DNA of 64,000 bases from Felis catus (taxonomy: Eukaryota), in the NCBI RefSeq assembly GCF_018350175.1, contig NC_058371.1, forward strand, positions 199,330,001 through 199,394,000, written 5' to 3'. The translations under genes and the position numbers were made by a program. The notes below the pieces were generated by a model. That model made no database searches. It worked only from the letters and a program-made list of their open reading frames with translations, and had not been told where the DNA came from. Shown here piece by piece: positions 1 to 12,238 of the stretch; the stretch's first letter is position 1; every line of letters starts with the position of its first letter.

Positions 1-123
1 AAGCGGGCTCCAGGCTCCGAGCTGTCAGCACGGAGCCCGACGCGGGGCTCGAACCCACGGACCGCGAGATCGTGACCTAAGCTGAAGTCGGACGCTTAAC
101 CGACTGCGCCACCCAGGTGCCCC
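1..123 (-). mobile_element. Felid Can-SINE (SINEC_Fc), cut by the window edge
   Basis: Reverse complement of the GGGGCACCTGGGTGGCGCAGTCGGTTAAG tRNA-like head. Confidence 0.9.
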
Positions 124-1199
124 TCCCTGATTTTTAAGCAACATAATGTTCTTAATGTTATTTCCATTTAATAGAAAGCTCAGGATGACAGGAACCATTT
201 CACGATGCTTCGGAACGATTTTGCTCTCTCTGAAAGACAGATGCAACCGTCTCTCATGTATTTGTTCCTAACCATCCTGTTTACCACAAAATAAAGCTCA
301 GATGCGGCCCCGACTATTGCACCAATAGGGGACCCAAACTGGAGTTGGTATGGGGATGCCAGCGCCCGGGAGGCTTACAGCTGGAATTGGGGAAGCAGAG
401 GTGACTGGTTGCCACCCCCCAGCCCCCCCCCCCCAGCCCCTGGGACGGAGGGAATGTCACACAGTCCCCAGCTCGGGGCCACAGGAGACTTGGCCACCAG
501 ACCCTTCCGTTACCTCTCTTGCTGTGACAAGCCGTGACATGGCAAGCAAAGCCACCAGCCCCCTTTGGCCTGTACTGCTCTCTCTCTCTCCCCACGTGGC
601 TTCTGTCTTTCCCCTCTGGGTCTCAGACCTCATCTCATATTGCCTTTCTCCTCCTCGGACGTGCAGCCTCGAGGTCTGCTGGCTGGTGGCTGGGCCTGGC
701 CGTCACCTTTCTCGAGAAAGATCTGGAAGGAGTTCCCGAGACATGCCATCATCTCGCGGAGTCCCACTCGGCCAGCGGCAGGAGGCGTTAAGAGCACCTC
801 CACTCAGGGCCAGAAAGCCGAGACTCAGGGCCGGCACCCGCCCCTGGGTGGCCGGGAGGGGCTCAGGCCCACTACACCTGACCTCGCTCCACACGTGAGC
901 GGGCGATAGGTTCCCACTTCCTGGAAGTCGAGGCCCTCCTGGGATTCCTGCCCTGCTGCCCGCAGTCAAGAGGCTCTTGCAAGTAAGGATGTGCACCTTA
1001 TTTTCGAGGCTGTCCGGTCAGCATTCCACATCATCACTAAATGCCAGAAACAACCCGAGTGGCCAACTGGAGCGGCTTGGTTCGAAACCGTCCCGTTACG
1101 GCCACGCAGTGGGACGCCCGGCTGCTGTGGCAGATGTCGCACAGAATAGTGACCCGTGGGGAGTCGTGCGGTGTAGTTGCTGACTTAAAAAAGACCTCG

Positions 1200-1405
1200 T
1201 GGGTAGCTCAGTCGGTTAAGCATCCGACTGCAGCTCAGGTCATGATCTCACAGCTCATGGGTTCGAGCCCCGCGTCGGGCTCTGTGCTGACGGCTCGGAG
1301 CCTGGAGCCTGCTTGGGATTCCGCGTCTCCTCTCTCTGCCCCTCCCCAACTCGTGCTCTGCCTCTCTCTCTCAAAAGTAAATAAACATAAAAAAAAATTA
1401 AAAAA
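1200..1405 (+). mobile_element. Can-SINE, slightly 5'-truncated
   Basis: TGGGTAGCTCAGTCGGTTAAG head, (CT)n, A tail; TSD-like AAAAAAGACCTCG / AAAAAAGAACTCG. Confidence 0.9.
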
Positions 1406-3615
1406 AGAACTCGCAAAGCCTCGTATGCATCACAATCCCATCTGCATCATTTTTGAAAATGTATGCAACGATGTCCCTCGATTGGGACTGGGGTGATCTC
1501 CATTTTCCTTGGGTTCATCTGTGAAAGTCTCTATTTCAGAACAGAGACAAAAGCAGTTTTGTTTGAAGCGGGCCCTCCCCGCTTCCTCCCAAGTGTGTGT
1601 GTTCCGGCACAGAGATGGTCCCGGGAGAAGCGAGGTCTCTGGAATAAACGAGACTGTCCCTGGGAGTCTGAGATCTGATTGTTCCCCGGGGGGACCATGG
1701 GGGCGCACAGCCCTGACATGGTACCCTCAGGCTGGGGAGACGTCCGGGGCCTCTGCAGTACAGTTTATCTGCAAAATAGCACGGTGCCCACGGTCCCAGT
1801 TTGAGGGCTGTATGACTCTCCACACACGAAGCATCCAGCCCCGCGGCTGGGCACATAGTATGTGCTCAATAAAAACCAGGTCAGGTGTATTATAATGAGA
1901 GCTTTTCCGCAGGCAGTCCTGCCTCTTCCCTTTGTCACTCCTTTTCCTTCTGTCTACCCCCTCCTGTCCTGTCACCTCTATCCTTGCCCCTATGACCCCT
2001 CCTGGATTTCACTTTCTGGGCAGGAAGGGAACAACCCCCTGCTGTTGTCAAGGCTTCAGGATGGTCCGTCTTCCCGGAGCCGCTTTCTGCCCGTGTGACC
2101 TCCCGGAGGCCTCAGAACTTCCCCGTGAAATAGATAACATGCCCCTTTTACAGAAAAGGAAACTGAGGCCCCTTACCTGATGAGCTGTCCATTGGGGTTC
2201 ACTTTGGGGGTCTGTCTCCACTGATATGTCAGCACTGGAGGTCAGGGCTGTGCCCCCAGCACTCTGAGCACAGCCAGGGGGTAGGCACCGACTGCCCCCG
2301 GGGCAGGCGTCTAGTCTCATGAAGACAACAGCGAACCCGAGACACGGGAGGTGCCAAGGTCAGGGTGGTTGGACCTCGACATCGGGGTCTGATGCTTATG
2401 TTTAGGTGGAGGCCTCCCACGCCCTGCTCGGGGAGTCACTTCTCCAAGCCCGTTTTTCTCCTCCATAACCAGCAGGTTATGGAGTCTTTGTCACTCCTTT
2501 TCCTTCTGGACAGAAGGAAAAGGGTGACAACAGTCTCGGCCCCACTGGCCATTGTGAGGGCCACATGAGAAAATTGGCACGAGGCGCTGAGCAGGGGAAC
2601 CCGTGCACGGAGGGGGTGCGGCGTGGAGAGATCGGGGTGCTCTGGACCTGGAGGCCGTGGGACCGCGCCTGTGGGCAGGGCCGTGCCCTGGGGACCTCAC
2701 CGGGGACAATGCCCCTGCCCCCGCCTCTCTTGCCTGACATTCTGGACTCTGCTGTGGGAGGGAATCCCGTGGGCATGGGGGCCCCTCACTTCGCTTCTAG
2801 CCGCCCCCCACCCCGACCATCGGCTGCCCCCTTTCTTAGCAGGACCTGTGAAAACCCAGCCGCATTTTTCCTTTGCTCTTGATGAACCAATAACCTTGCA
2901 AATTTGAAAATAAAATGCCCGTGGCCGCGCAGCCAGCTGAGGCCTCACGGCTCTGCAGACGTTATAAAACATCAAATTAGATGGAAAATTGCCCGGGGTC
3001 CCTGTAAACGAAAATTACTCTTTTTATAGGGGGAAAAAAGGACCCTTATAACAGCAACAAACAATTTTGGGCTCTTCCTTTTATTAGCCGGCTCACACGG
3101 CGAATGGCATTTGCTCATTCCACCGCCCCGGCCCCGGCCAGTGGTTTTACAACATTTCGCTTTGCACGTTTTCACAGCACTGTAGCATGAAAAACAAGGC
3201 TGCGCCTGTAACCTTCAGTTTCTGTCAGGAGAGGACTTTTTTGCCTTCCCCCGACGTCTCGGCCTCCTGACTGGTGCTGGCTGGACCCAGGCTCTGTGTG
3301 GGAACAGTGGCAAGAGCGCCGGGTAGGGAACGAGATCTCAAAGCTGCTGGGTGACTTTAGCCTGGTCGCTTAACCTCTCTGGGCCACACTTGCGTCCTTT
3401 GTGAAAGGAGGCGGTTGGGCGGGTTCAGGGACACCCCGGGGACCAGCACGGCGATGGCGATGTGTGACGGCCACGCGGGTAACGCCTCCGCAAAGTCAAG
3501 CCAGGCCCTGGGCTCACCCACACTTTCCAACATTAAAATTAACACTATTTTTTTTCCTTTTGCTAAAAGTATTTGGGGAACGAGACAAGGAAGGAAAAGG
3601 CTGCTCGGCCTAGCT

Positions 3616-3840
3616 CAGCTGTTCTCAACCAGAGGATGATTTTGCACCCCCCCAGGGACGTGTGGCAAGATCTGGAGACATTTGTGAGCGTCACGACTGG
3701 GTGGTCCTCTGGTGATGCTCTTGGCACAGAGGGGGTGGAGGCCAGGGGTGCTGCTGAACTTCCCACAACGCACAGGACGGCCCCCCGTAACAAGGGTTCA
3801 CCGGCCTCCAGTGTGCACGTGTCCAGGCTCAGACGTCCCG
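3616..3840 (+). mobile_element. MER20-like hAT DNA transposon relic
   Basis: CAGCTGTTCTCAACC...GATTTTGCACCCCCCAGGGAC...CTGGAGACATT...GAGGCCAGGGGTGCTGCT...GCACAGGAC follows the recalled MER20 consensus. Confidence 0.75.
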
Positions 3841-4269
3841 CACGGAGGACCCTGGCTGCCCCGTGCCTGGTCCCCAGCACGGCCCTGACTCCCATGATGC
3901 AAAGCAGTGCCCGTGGGACCCCGGAGTGCTGGGTGTCAGTACCACGGCTCACCACGCCCAGGCGGCCGGAGCGGGCCTCTGCACCCTGTGATGTGCCTGT
4001 GCACCTGACCTTCCTGGGGGTGACAGAGCTGACGCCTCGGGCGGGGGGGGGGGTCACTTATTCAGGACCAAGGGAGAAGCCAGAACGCCAGCATCACAGG
4101 CTGATTTTAATGGATCTTAGCCCCCGTCCTCTCCTCACTTTTGATCCAGCGAGGACAAATTGCTTCAACGGAAATGAGAATCTACCCTCACCGTGTACGT
4201 ATCTGTTTCTTTCCTCCTTTTTTCTGATTGAAAAAATCAGAAGTGGAGCCCGAGGAAGTGGGGTGGGTC

Positions 4270-5005
4270 GTGGGCGTCTGGGAGCTGGGGGCTGGGGGCC
4301 GGAGACTGGGGGCTGGGGGCAGGGCATCCTGGCGGCTGGGGGCTGGGGGCTGGAGTCTGGGGACTGAAGACTGAGGGCTGGAGGCCAGACATCCTTGGGG
4401 CTGGGTGCAGAGAGCTGGGGCCTGGGTATCTGGGGGCTGGGGGCTGGGGGCCGGGCATCCTGGCGGCTGGGGGCAGAGAGCTGGGCCTGGGTATCTGGGG
4501 GCTGGGGGCTGGGGGCCGGGCATCCTGGGGGCTGGGGGCTGGAGGCTGGGGGCTGGAGACTGGGGGCTGAGGGTTGAGCATCCTGGCGGCTGGGGGCTAG
4601 GGGCTGGGGACCGGGCATCCTTGGGGCTAGGGGTTGGGGGCTGGAGGCTGGGGGCTGGAGGCCGGGCATCCTGACAGCTGGGAGCAGAGAGCTGGGCCTG
4701 GGTGTCTGGGGGCTGGGGGCTGGGGGCCAGGCATCCTGGGGACTGGGGGCTGGGGGCTGGAGACTGGGGGCTGGAGACTGGGGGCTGAGGGTTGAGCATC
4801 CTGGCGGCTGGGGGCTAGGGGCTGGGGACCGGGCATCCTTGGGGCCAGGGGTTGGGGGCTGGAGGCTGGGGGCTGGAGGCCGGGCATCCTGACAGCTGGG
4901 AGCAGAGAGCTGGGCCTGGGTGTCTGGGGGCTGGGGGCTGGAGGCCGGGCATCCTGGCGGCTGGGGGCAGAGAGCTGGGGCCTGGGTATCTGGGGGCTGG
5001 AGGCA
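4270..5005. repeat. G-rich minisatellite/VNTR built on GGGGGCT units with higher-order repeats
   Basis: Dozens of GGGGGCT/GGAGGCT/GGAGACT heptamers interspersed with GGGCATCCT and GCAGAGAGCTGGG blocks; an approx. 170-bp block recurs at an offset of 218 bp. Confidence 0.95.
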
Positions 5006-6201
5006 AGGGTCCGGCTCCAGCGGGCGGGCGTGAAGAAGTCGTACGAGCCTGTGCAAGTCTGCCCTGCTCTCTGACCCTCTGTGTCCCCAATAAGATGGGC
5101 AAGTGGACACAGGCTCCCTCCGCCCTGCAGCTGCAACAGTTTAGGACGTTTCCTGATGCAAAGCATGAATCAAGGCCCCGGGGGAGGACACACCTGATAC
5201 TCCCCAGGTCCCAGTCAGGTCTGCCTTTTTTGGGTCATGTGAGTCACAGATTTGTGGATCTGCAGGCTGGGAAGATTGCCTGAGGACCGCCTTGCCCAAC
5301 TTCAGATGCAGAAACGCCCCCCACTTTCTTCCTGAGAGTTGACGTCTTGTCTCTTCTTGACTACTCCAGGGGCGGGGGGCTCACCCCATGCCCACGTGGG
5401 TCACTTTCTCCGCTGGACAGCTCGGACTGGGGGACGGTCCTTCAGAACAAGCAGAACTCTGCTCCCTGCCACTTCCATTTCTGCCTCTTAATTTTATGTT
5501 TCGGCAGCAGCCCGAGCAAAGCTCATAATCACTCCAGCCCCCGAATGGCAGTGAGGCACAGAGCCACAGGGAGCTCTTGGGTATTCTGTTCTGATTCTTA
5601 CCCCTTTGGGGGTTGAACATCCCCAGATCATACATCTGATCCTCTTGGCAGCTGAAAATGTGGGTGTGTATTGGAAGGTCCTTCCTCTGGGCTGGGGTGC
5701 AGGCTGGGACATGTGCTCTAGTTATATCACCTCCTTCATTTTGGCCACTCTACCCCTGTTGATGTGGCCCATGGGGGTGCCAGCTTTCATGGCAGTGCCA
5801 TTCAATGCATTTACACTGATATTGGTGAAGCCCTCTGGATTATTCTCTAAGTGAGAATAAAACAGGTTCTCATGGGTTTCCATCATAGTAGTGGCCCACA
5901 ATCCAAGAAGCTCTGAAAGGTTGCTGAAGAAAAGTCATCTGGGGACATGGGGGGTTGGGTAGCTTCTATGCTACCCCTCCAGATCATCTTGCCTTATAAG
6001 ATCCGGGAATCATCCCCATCCCCTCAACTGCCCCTCTACCAAATGACCCAATCAGTGGCCTTCCTATACTCTCCAGCGCCCCCTGCCGCCTTCTAGGAGC
6101 AGGCTGCCGGGGCTCATCTTGTTTCCAGGGCTGTCCCCGCCCCACCCTCTACATAGCATCCAGGGTGACCTTTCTAGAACACGAGTGTGGTCAGGCGCCT
6201 C

Positions 6202-6960
6202 TTGTAATGTGATTTATATGTAAAAAGATATCTATAGATAGATAGATAGAGGATATAGATATAGATGTATACACTTAGTCTTTGTCCCTGTTTCTGGAGC
6301 AGAGCTCCTAAAACTCTTAATTTCTTAAGCTACCAGAGCAGCAAAGGTATCTTTAAAGATATCTTTTGTTATGCTAATGAGGTGATGTTTGGAAGGTTCC
6401 TAAGGGTGGGGGCTGGTTGCTGGTGGAAACAACCTTGAGATTGGAGGGTTGGAACTTTCCGTCCCACCCGCTACAGCCCGCAGGGAAGGGAGAGGGCTGG
6501 AGACTGAGTTCAGTCGCCAACGACCAATGATTTAATCAATCATTCCTTTGTAAGGAAGCTTCCACAAACCCCCCAAAGGATGGGGTTCCAAGAGCTTCAG
6601 GTGGGTGAACACACAGATTCTGGGAGAGTGACGTCCCAGAGGGGGCAGGGAAACTCCATGCCCCTCCCTCTGTCTTCCCCTGCGTGTCTCCTTTCTCTGG
6701 CTGTTCTGAGTTCTACCCTTTTGTGAGAAACCCGTCATCTCGTGGGTCGATGGGTCCCTGTGTTCTGTGAGCTGTTCTAGCAAATTAACCCAACTCAAGG
6801 AGAAGGTCGTAGGCACCACTGATTTATGGCCAGTCGGTCGGAAGCACAGGGGACAACCTAGACTTGCAACTGGCCTCTGAAGCGGGGACAGCCTCGTGGG
6901 ACTGAGCCCTGACCCTGTGGGGTGTGACACTGCGTCCAGGTAGATGGTGTCAGAATTCAA
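6202..6960 (+). mobile_element. MER21-like LTR, 3' end missing
   Basis: TTATGCTAATGAGGTGA, GGAGGGTTGGAACTTTC, CCAATGATTTAATCAATCAT, TTCTGTGAGCTGTTCTAGCAAATTA, GGACTGAGCCCT...CAGGTAGATGGTGTCAGAATT. Confidence 0.7.
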
Positions 6961-7016
6961 ACTCCCCACGCCCCCCCCCCCAACCCCTGAGACCCCTGGG
7001 ATAAGGCCTGATCTCT

Positions 7017-7042
7017 ATTTTTTTTTAAGTTTATTTATTTAC

Positions 7043-7074
<32 letters not shown>

Positions 7075-7192
7075 TCCCAACCAGGCTCCACGTGCAGTCC
7101 AACTTGGGACTCGATCTCACGAACCGTGAGATCAGGATCTGAGCTGAAATCAAGAGTCAGGCGGTTAACTGACTGAGCCACCCAGACGCCCC
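7017..7192 (-). mobile_element. Can-SINE with internal deletion
   Basis: T-tract, (GA)n and reverse head; AGGCCTG TSD. Confidence 0.88.
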
Positions 7193-7589
7193 AGGCCTGT
7201 TGTCTTTAATGCTGCGTCCGAAGCCCTTCACCAAGTGGCCTGACCGCCCTCTCTCTCCTTCTGCCTCTTGGGTTCCCTGGAATCCGCCCTCTCTGCCCAG
7301 GCACCCTGGGTACCTCGGTTCCCTGTGCACCTGAAGTTTCCCTTTTGTGGCGTCTGACCTTGAGGCTCCCTGCACCTGCCCACCCACCTCACTTGACTCC
7401 TGCTTGTCACCTCCTCTCAGGAGCCCTCCTGACATTGGAGCATCGAGACGGGCACCTCTGCGCCCCGCAGTGGTCGTCGGGACACCCCTCTCTCAGAGTC
7501 CTTTCACTTTCTATGCTATCTGCCACAACACTAGGAGGTCACACTCGCCCTGCTCAGGACTAGCTAATCTTACACTAAGCAAAACCCTG

Positions 7590-8030
7590 ACCACTCATTT
7601 GTTCATTTATTCACCAAATCTTTATAAGAGTGTCGGCGATGCGTTCATGCTACAATAGATGCTGGGGACACAGCGGTAAGCAAAGCAGACAGCAATCCCT
7701 GTCCCTGGGGGGCGGGCCCTCTCGTGGGGGATGCAGACGTTCAATGTAAGGTACAGGCCAAATCCAGACAAGGAGCGGGGGTGTGGGGACGAGTCCCAAA
7801 AAGAAACTGAAGGGCGGGGCAACGGCACGGAGTGTCCCAGGACGCGGACATGGCCAGAGGAGAGTGCGTGGTGGGAGAGAGGTGAGCGAGGAGCTCCCAG
7901 CCGGGGTAGGTCCTTGGGGCCACGGAGGGGACTTTGGCTTTTACTCTGAGTGGCATGAAAAATCCCTCGAAGACAGTGAGCAGAGCACTGGGAGGACCAG
8001 ATTAACCTCTCTGGCTGCGACGCTGCACAA
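7590..8030 (-). mobile_element. L2 LINE 3' fragment
   Basis: CATTTGTTCATTTATTCA...GCTGGGGACACAGCGGTAAGCAA...TCCCTGTCCCT and GACTTTGGCTTTTACTCTGAGTG are typical of L2. Confidence 0.6.
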
Positions 8031-8461
8031 TGGGCGGGTGTGGAGTTGGGGGTGGGGTGGGGGTGGGGCAACGGAGGGAGCCGGGGGCCCAGAGAGGCAC
8101 GTTAGTGTCCCGGTGTCGGGTGGCAGTGGTGGGAATGGTGACAAGGGACTGTATTCGGGATGCAGGTAGGCATGACTCTGGCCTGCACTTACGAGGACGT
8201 TTTATTTTTAGCCCAATTTTAATGATGAAGAAAAGGAGACAGAAATGTTAAGAAACGTGCCCCGGGTCATAGAGCTAAAGGTGCTCTTGTACGGTGCCCA
8301 GAGAGCCTGCACATCTGTCCCCCTCAGGCATGAGATTCCTGGGGCGGGGACTGTCGGACCCAGCGCTGGACCCCGCACTGAGCACACGGGGGTCCCCGCG
8401 CACAGCAGGGACTCGGCGCTTTTTTCGCATCTTTCCCGCGGCCACGGTTCATTCTGCCCAG

Positions 8462-8479
8462 TGGCCACTAGAGGGCAGC
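8462..8479 (+). promoter_or_regulatory. CTCF-binding motif
   Basis: TGGCCACTAGAGGGCAGC closely matches the CTCF core CCASYAGRKGGC, in a CpG-retaining patch. Confidence 0.65.
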
Positions 8480-11400
8480 GGTGCCTTTCCCTCCTCACAA
8501 AGTTTCCAGGCGCCGCTTGGCTGGTCCCCAGCCACCCAGTCTGGTCCCCACGTCCACGGTGGGAGGTAGCGACCCAATGATGACCACCCTTCTGGTGACC
8601 ACAACCCTTTGCTCAATCCAGAGACAATGAACACACTTGAAGGACCCCAAAGGAGATTGGCTGGCCCAGCAAGACCCTCATCAGTGTCTCTCCCCCAGGC
8701 CCCTCATCCTCTATCTGAGAAAGTGATGCCAAGACGTGTCAAGGTCGCCGGGGAATTGATACCAGAATGGCTGCGGCTGCCCGGTTCTCTGAGACCTGCT
8801 CCAGCCCTTCTCCAAGTGACCCCGTCCCGTGCGTGACCCCAGGAGCTCCCGACAGGCTCACGCTGGGAGGCGTGGTTTGGGGGTTGTGCAGGTGTCCACG
8901 GTCAGATCAGCGTCCTGAGGAGGTCCCTGTGGCTGCGGATGGGGCTCCAAGGCTGGAGGGGACAGCCAGGGAGGAGACCAGTGGGGGGGGGGGGCAGCCT
9001 GGTGGCCAGGCGCTGCTCTATTTTACTTTGTCCGCAGAGGGGAGAGTATGAATCGTGGCAGGCAAACAACTTTGCTTCTCACTTCAGTCACTGGCGGCGT
9101 TGACGAGAGCGGGTTGATTTTTAAGCATCTGCTTGATTTTAAGCAACTGCAACTTGACCTTTGAGGACCTTCTATCCCTTTAGAAAGGCGCGCAAAAGGT
9201 CACATTGATGTGATGCCTGTTTCCAAAATCCCGGCATAAATAGTTGCTCGGCCAGCTGAGAGCCTTGTTCACATGGGTAAGTCTGTTTATGATTAATTAC
9301 ATTCGGCAGAACTTACCCTCGGCAGCCCAGCCCCAGGCCACCTCCCGGGCTCCGGCTTTCCCTGTTGGAGGTCAGCACGTCCAGGCAAAGCTTCTGGCCT
9401 TTTCCAAGCAGCGTCTGCTCTGCCAGACTCATTTCGACAGGCGACGCCTGGGCCCCTGCCCTGCTCAGCACCCTGCTTCCTTGAAGCATCTTAGTAAAGG
9501 CAGTTGCTGACATTCACTGAAAGGTCACTGATCACTGATGTTACGCCGTGTGCCAGCCTCTTTTCCGGCTGTTCCCCACGCGATCACTCATTCACGTAAG
9601 CGTTGGCACAGCCCTCGTCAGCAGGGATTCTTATGAACCCCATTTGACAGATGTGGAGACTGAGGCCAAGAGATGCTTGTAAGGAACAGAATTAAGGTAC
9701 GAACCCAGGAGTCTGGCTCAAGAGGGTATCTCCTTACCCTGTGTGTGGTATTCAGTCCTGCCCGAAGCCATCTGATAAAGTACTGGATGCTCCTGTGGGG
9801 GTGGGGGGGGATCCTGCCGACCCGCCGACGCCTCTGGCTGTTCTCTTCCCCCAGGCCCTTCCAGATCTCTTGTCCCTGCAACTGACTGTCAGGTTCCTTC
9901 TTAGACCCTCTCCTGTAGGGGCCTTCCTGACCTCAGGGCGCCTTGCGGACAAGGAAATTCTGTTTGCACCCAGGGTTCGTCCACCGTGCGTGGATCACTG
10001 CTTGGGGCTGTCTGTCTGTACTGCTTGGCTCCTGCCCGCGGGTGGGCCTTCCCCCCGCTTTCCCAAAGCTGTCACGTGCCCTCCTACCTCCCTTCTCCAG
10101 TCCCTGTGTGATCCCGGAGCACAGTCCGTGGGTTCATCCTCTCTGCCCTTCCCTGAGGGAGGAGTAATGAGAGGTTGAGCTGGCAGCATCGAGGGAGGGA
10201 GGGAGGGAGGGAGGGAGCGCCTTGTTAAGTGTCTCCAGTCCACCTTCTGCCCCCACCCCAGCCCAGGAGTGGTCGTGTTTCACCATTTCACTTCCTGAAC
10301 AGGAGCCACAAAAGAACTTTATTGTAAAACGGTATCTAACAACGTGCATGCGTGAGGGTGACGATGATTCCACGGCTTGAGAACCCAGAGGTGCAGGTGG
10401 GGAGAGCCCTCCCTGACCTCTGGCGGGGGGGGGGGTGGCTGGGGGGGCAACCACCTGCTTCTGCCAGGCTGCCTGCACGTTCAGGAAAGTTACTTCCCCT
10501 TCCGAAGGCTCCCTTTTGTCTCTTTAGAATGGGAGCAATCTGTTTTGTTCTGGAGACGCCTCGGGGTTGTTTGAAACACAAATCGGAGAGAGGAGGTACA
10601 ACCTGTGGCCAGAGATGAGGGGAGGCTGTAAATCCACATAGGGGGCCTGCGGTCACAGCCCTCGGGGCGCCCCACGCAGCTTTATGGCACCCCCAGGGCC
10701 CGGCTGCCGCCCCAGAGTCTGGGCCAGACCTGGGGGAGGCTTAGCAGGTTTCAGAGGTCTCAGAGGTTTCAGAGGCCTGCACGGCCGCTAAGGAGAGAAG
10801 GAGAGCTCACCGTGGCTGGGGCCAGCGACGGTCAGGAGCACCGCGTCCCTGGGGGCTGAAATCCTGGTGGTGACTCTCCCCAGAACAGGGCTTCGGGTTC
10901 GCCCCCGTGGTCCTCTGGTTCCCCCCAAATTTTCCAGCCTCAAAACCATACATTGGAGTTAATTTTCTTTGCTAACGGTGCTCCATAACCACCTGCCTTT
11001 GGGAGAACGGGTTGCCGTGTCTAACTTTACAGTAATGATTGCTTAACCGTCTCCTCACTTTTAAGCAAAACAACGGCGTGTATTTCTTATAGAACACGTG
11101 GCACGAGCGTGTGAACTTGCCGAATCATTTCAGGACCTTCCATCTGAAACCCAACAACGGAGAAGGAGGTTTGGGAGAGACGAAAAGCAAGTGGGAAGCG
11201 GGCGGGGCGAAGTCTTGGAGACCCAGAGTATGTAGGGCAGGGGCGGGGGGCGGGGGGTCAGAGGAACTGGCCTAGGAATGTGGATCTATGAGTGGAGGGC
11301 TGACTCCGCCTGCTGGGAACATCCCACGGAGTCCCCCGGAGCAGACGTCTCTCACAGCAGGTGATCGAAGACGCCCAGTGAAGGGAACACACAGAATGGG

Positions 11401-12238
11401 AAATATGTGGAACGGAAGACACAAATCGCCAGAGGGACATTTGACGGAATGCCAGGACCAGCAAAGATGTCAGGAGCATCGTTCCTGGACCCGAGACCCT
11501 TCGGTCTTTATTGCTCTTCCTTTTCTCGGGGAGCAGACGGGATGGCCAGGCGGGGGTGCTGTAGGGACGTCAGATGACATCCTGCTAGGCGGCCAGGAGG
11601 GGCGCCTCCCACGCTGGCGTATTCTGGTATCCGGAGTGGATCAGGATGCAGGCCCTGTGGGGTGCTGACACCTGCCCCAGGCCAGCAGCTGAGGTTGGGG
11701 AGGGGGTACTCGGGCTTTGGAGAGTCTGTACCTGAGCCCCGGCCAGTCTCTTCTCCGAGCCTCATGACCAAATGTCTCCGCCTCCGCCTTGTCGGGCACC
11801 GTGCAAGCCCGTGCAAAGTCCCCTCAAAGAATACTGGGCTCAGGATCCAGAACCCTCGGGTTGAGTTCCAATCTTGCCACTTCTTGGCGGGGTTACCTTT
11901 GGCAAATTACCCAACCTCTCTGAGTATCCTTTTGTCCGCAAAGCTCTGTCCGGCTCTGTGCAAAATCAGAAAGTTCAGCTCTTCTGTTTGGGGCAAGAAA
12001 TGGTACTGTTTGTTGGAAAGTGCGGAAAAGGTAATAACTGAATAATCATGACATCATTTACCGGAGGGTGATTTGAGTCATTCCAATGAATAAGGTGGCT
12101 ATTTCGCGTTTTAAGTCCTGGAGTATTCGAAACACATCGGAAACAGACAGAGAATAAGCACCGTGGACCCACCACCCAGAGCTAGTAAATGTTACCATTT
12201 TGTCATGCACTCAAGTTTGTAAAAAATCAAATGCTACT

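Noticed and set aside
3573-4367. 264-aa plus-strand ORF
   Set aside because: Runs through a MER20 relic into the VNTR; no recognisable domain.
4094-5110. 338-aa Pro/Ser/Gln-rich ORF on the minus strand and overlapping Gly/Trp-rich ORFs
   Set aside because: Translation of the GGGGGCT VNTR; open in several frames on both strands because the repeat lacks stops; no promoter or splice support.
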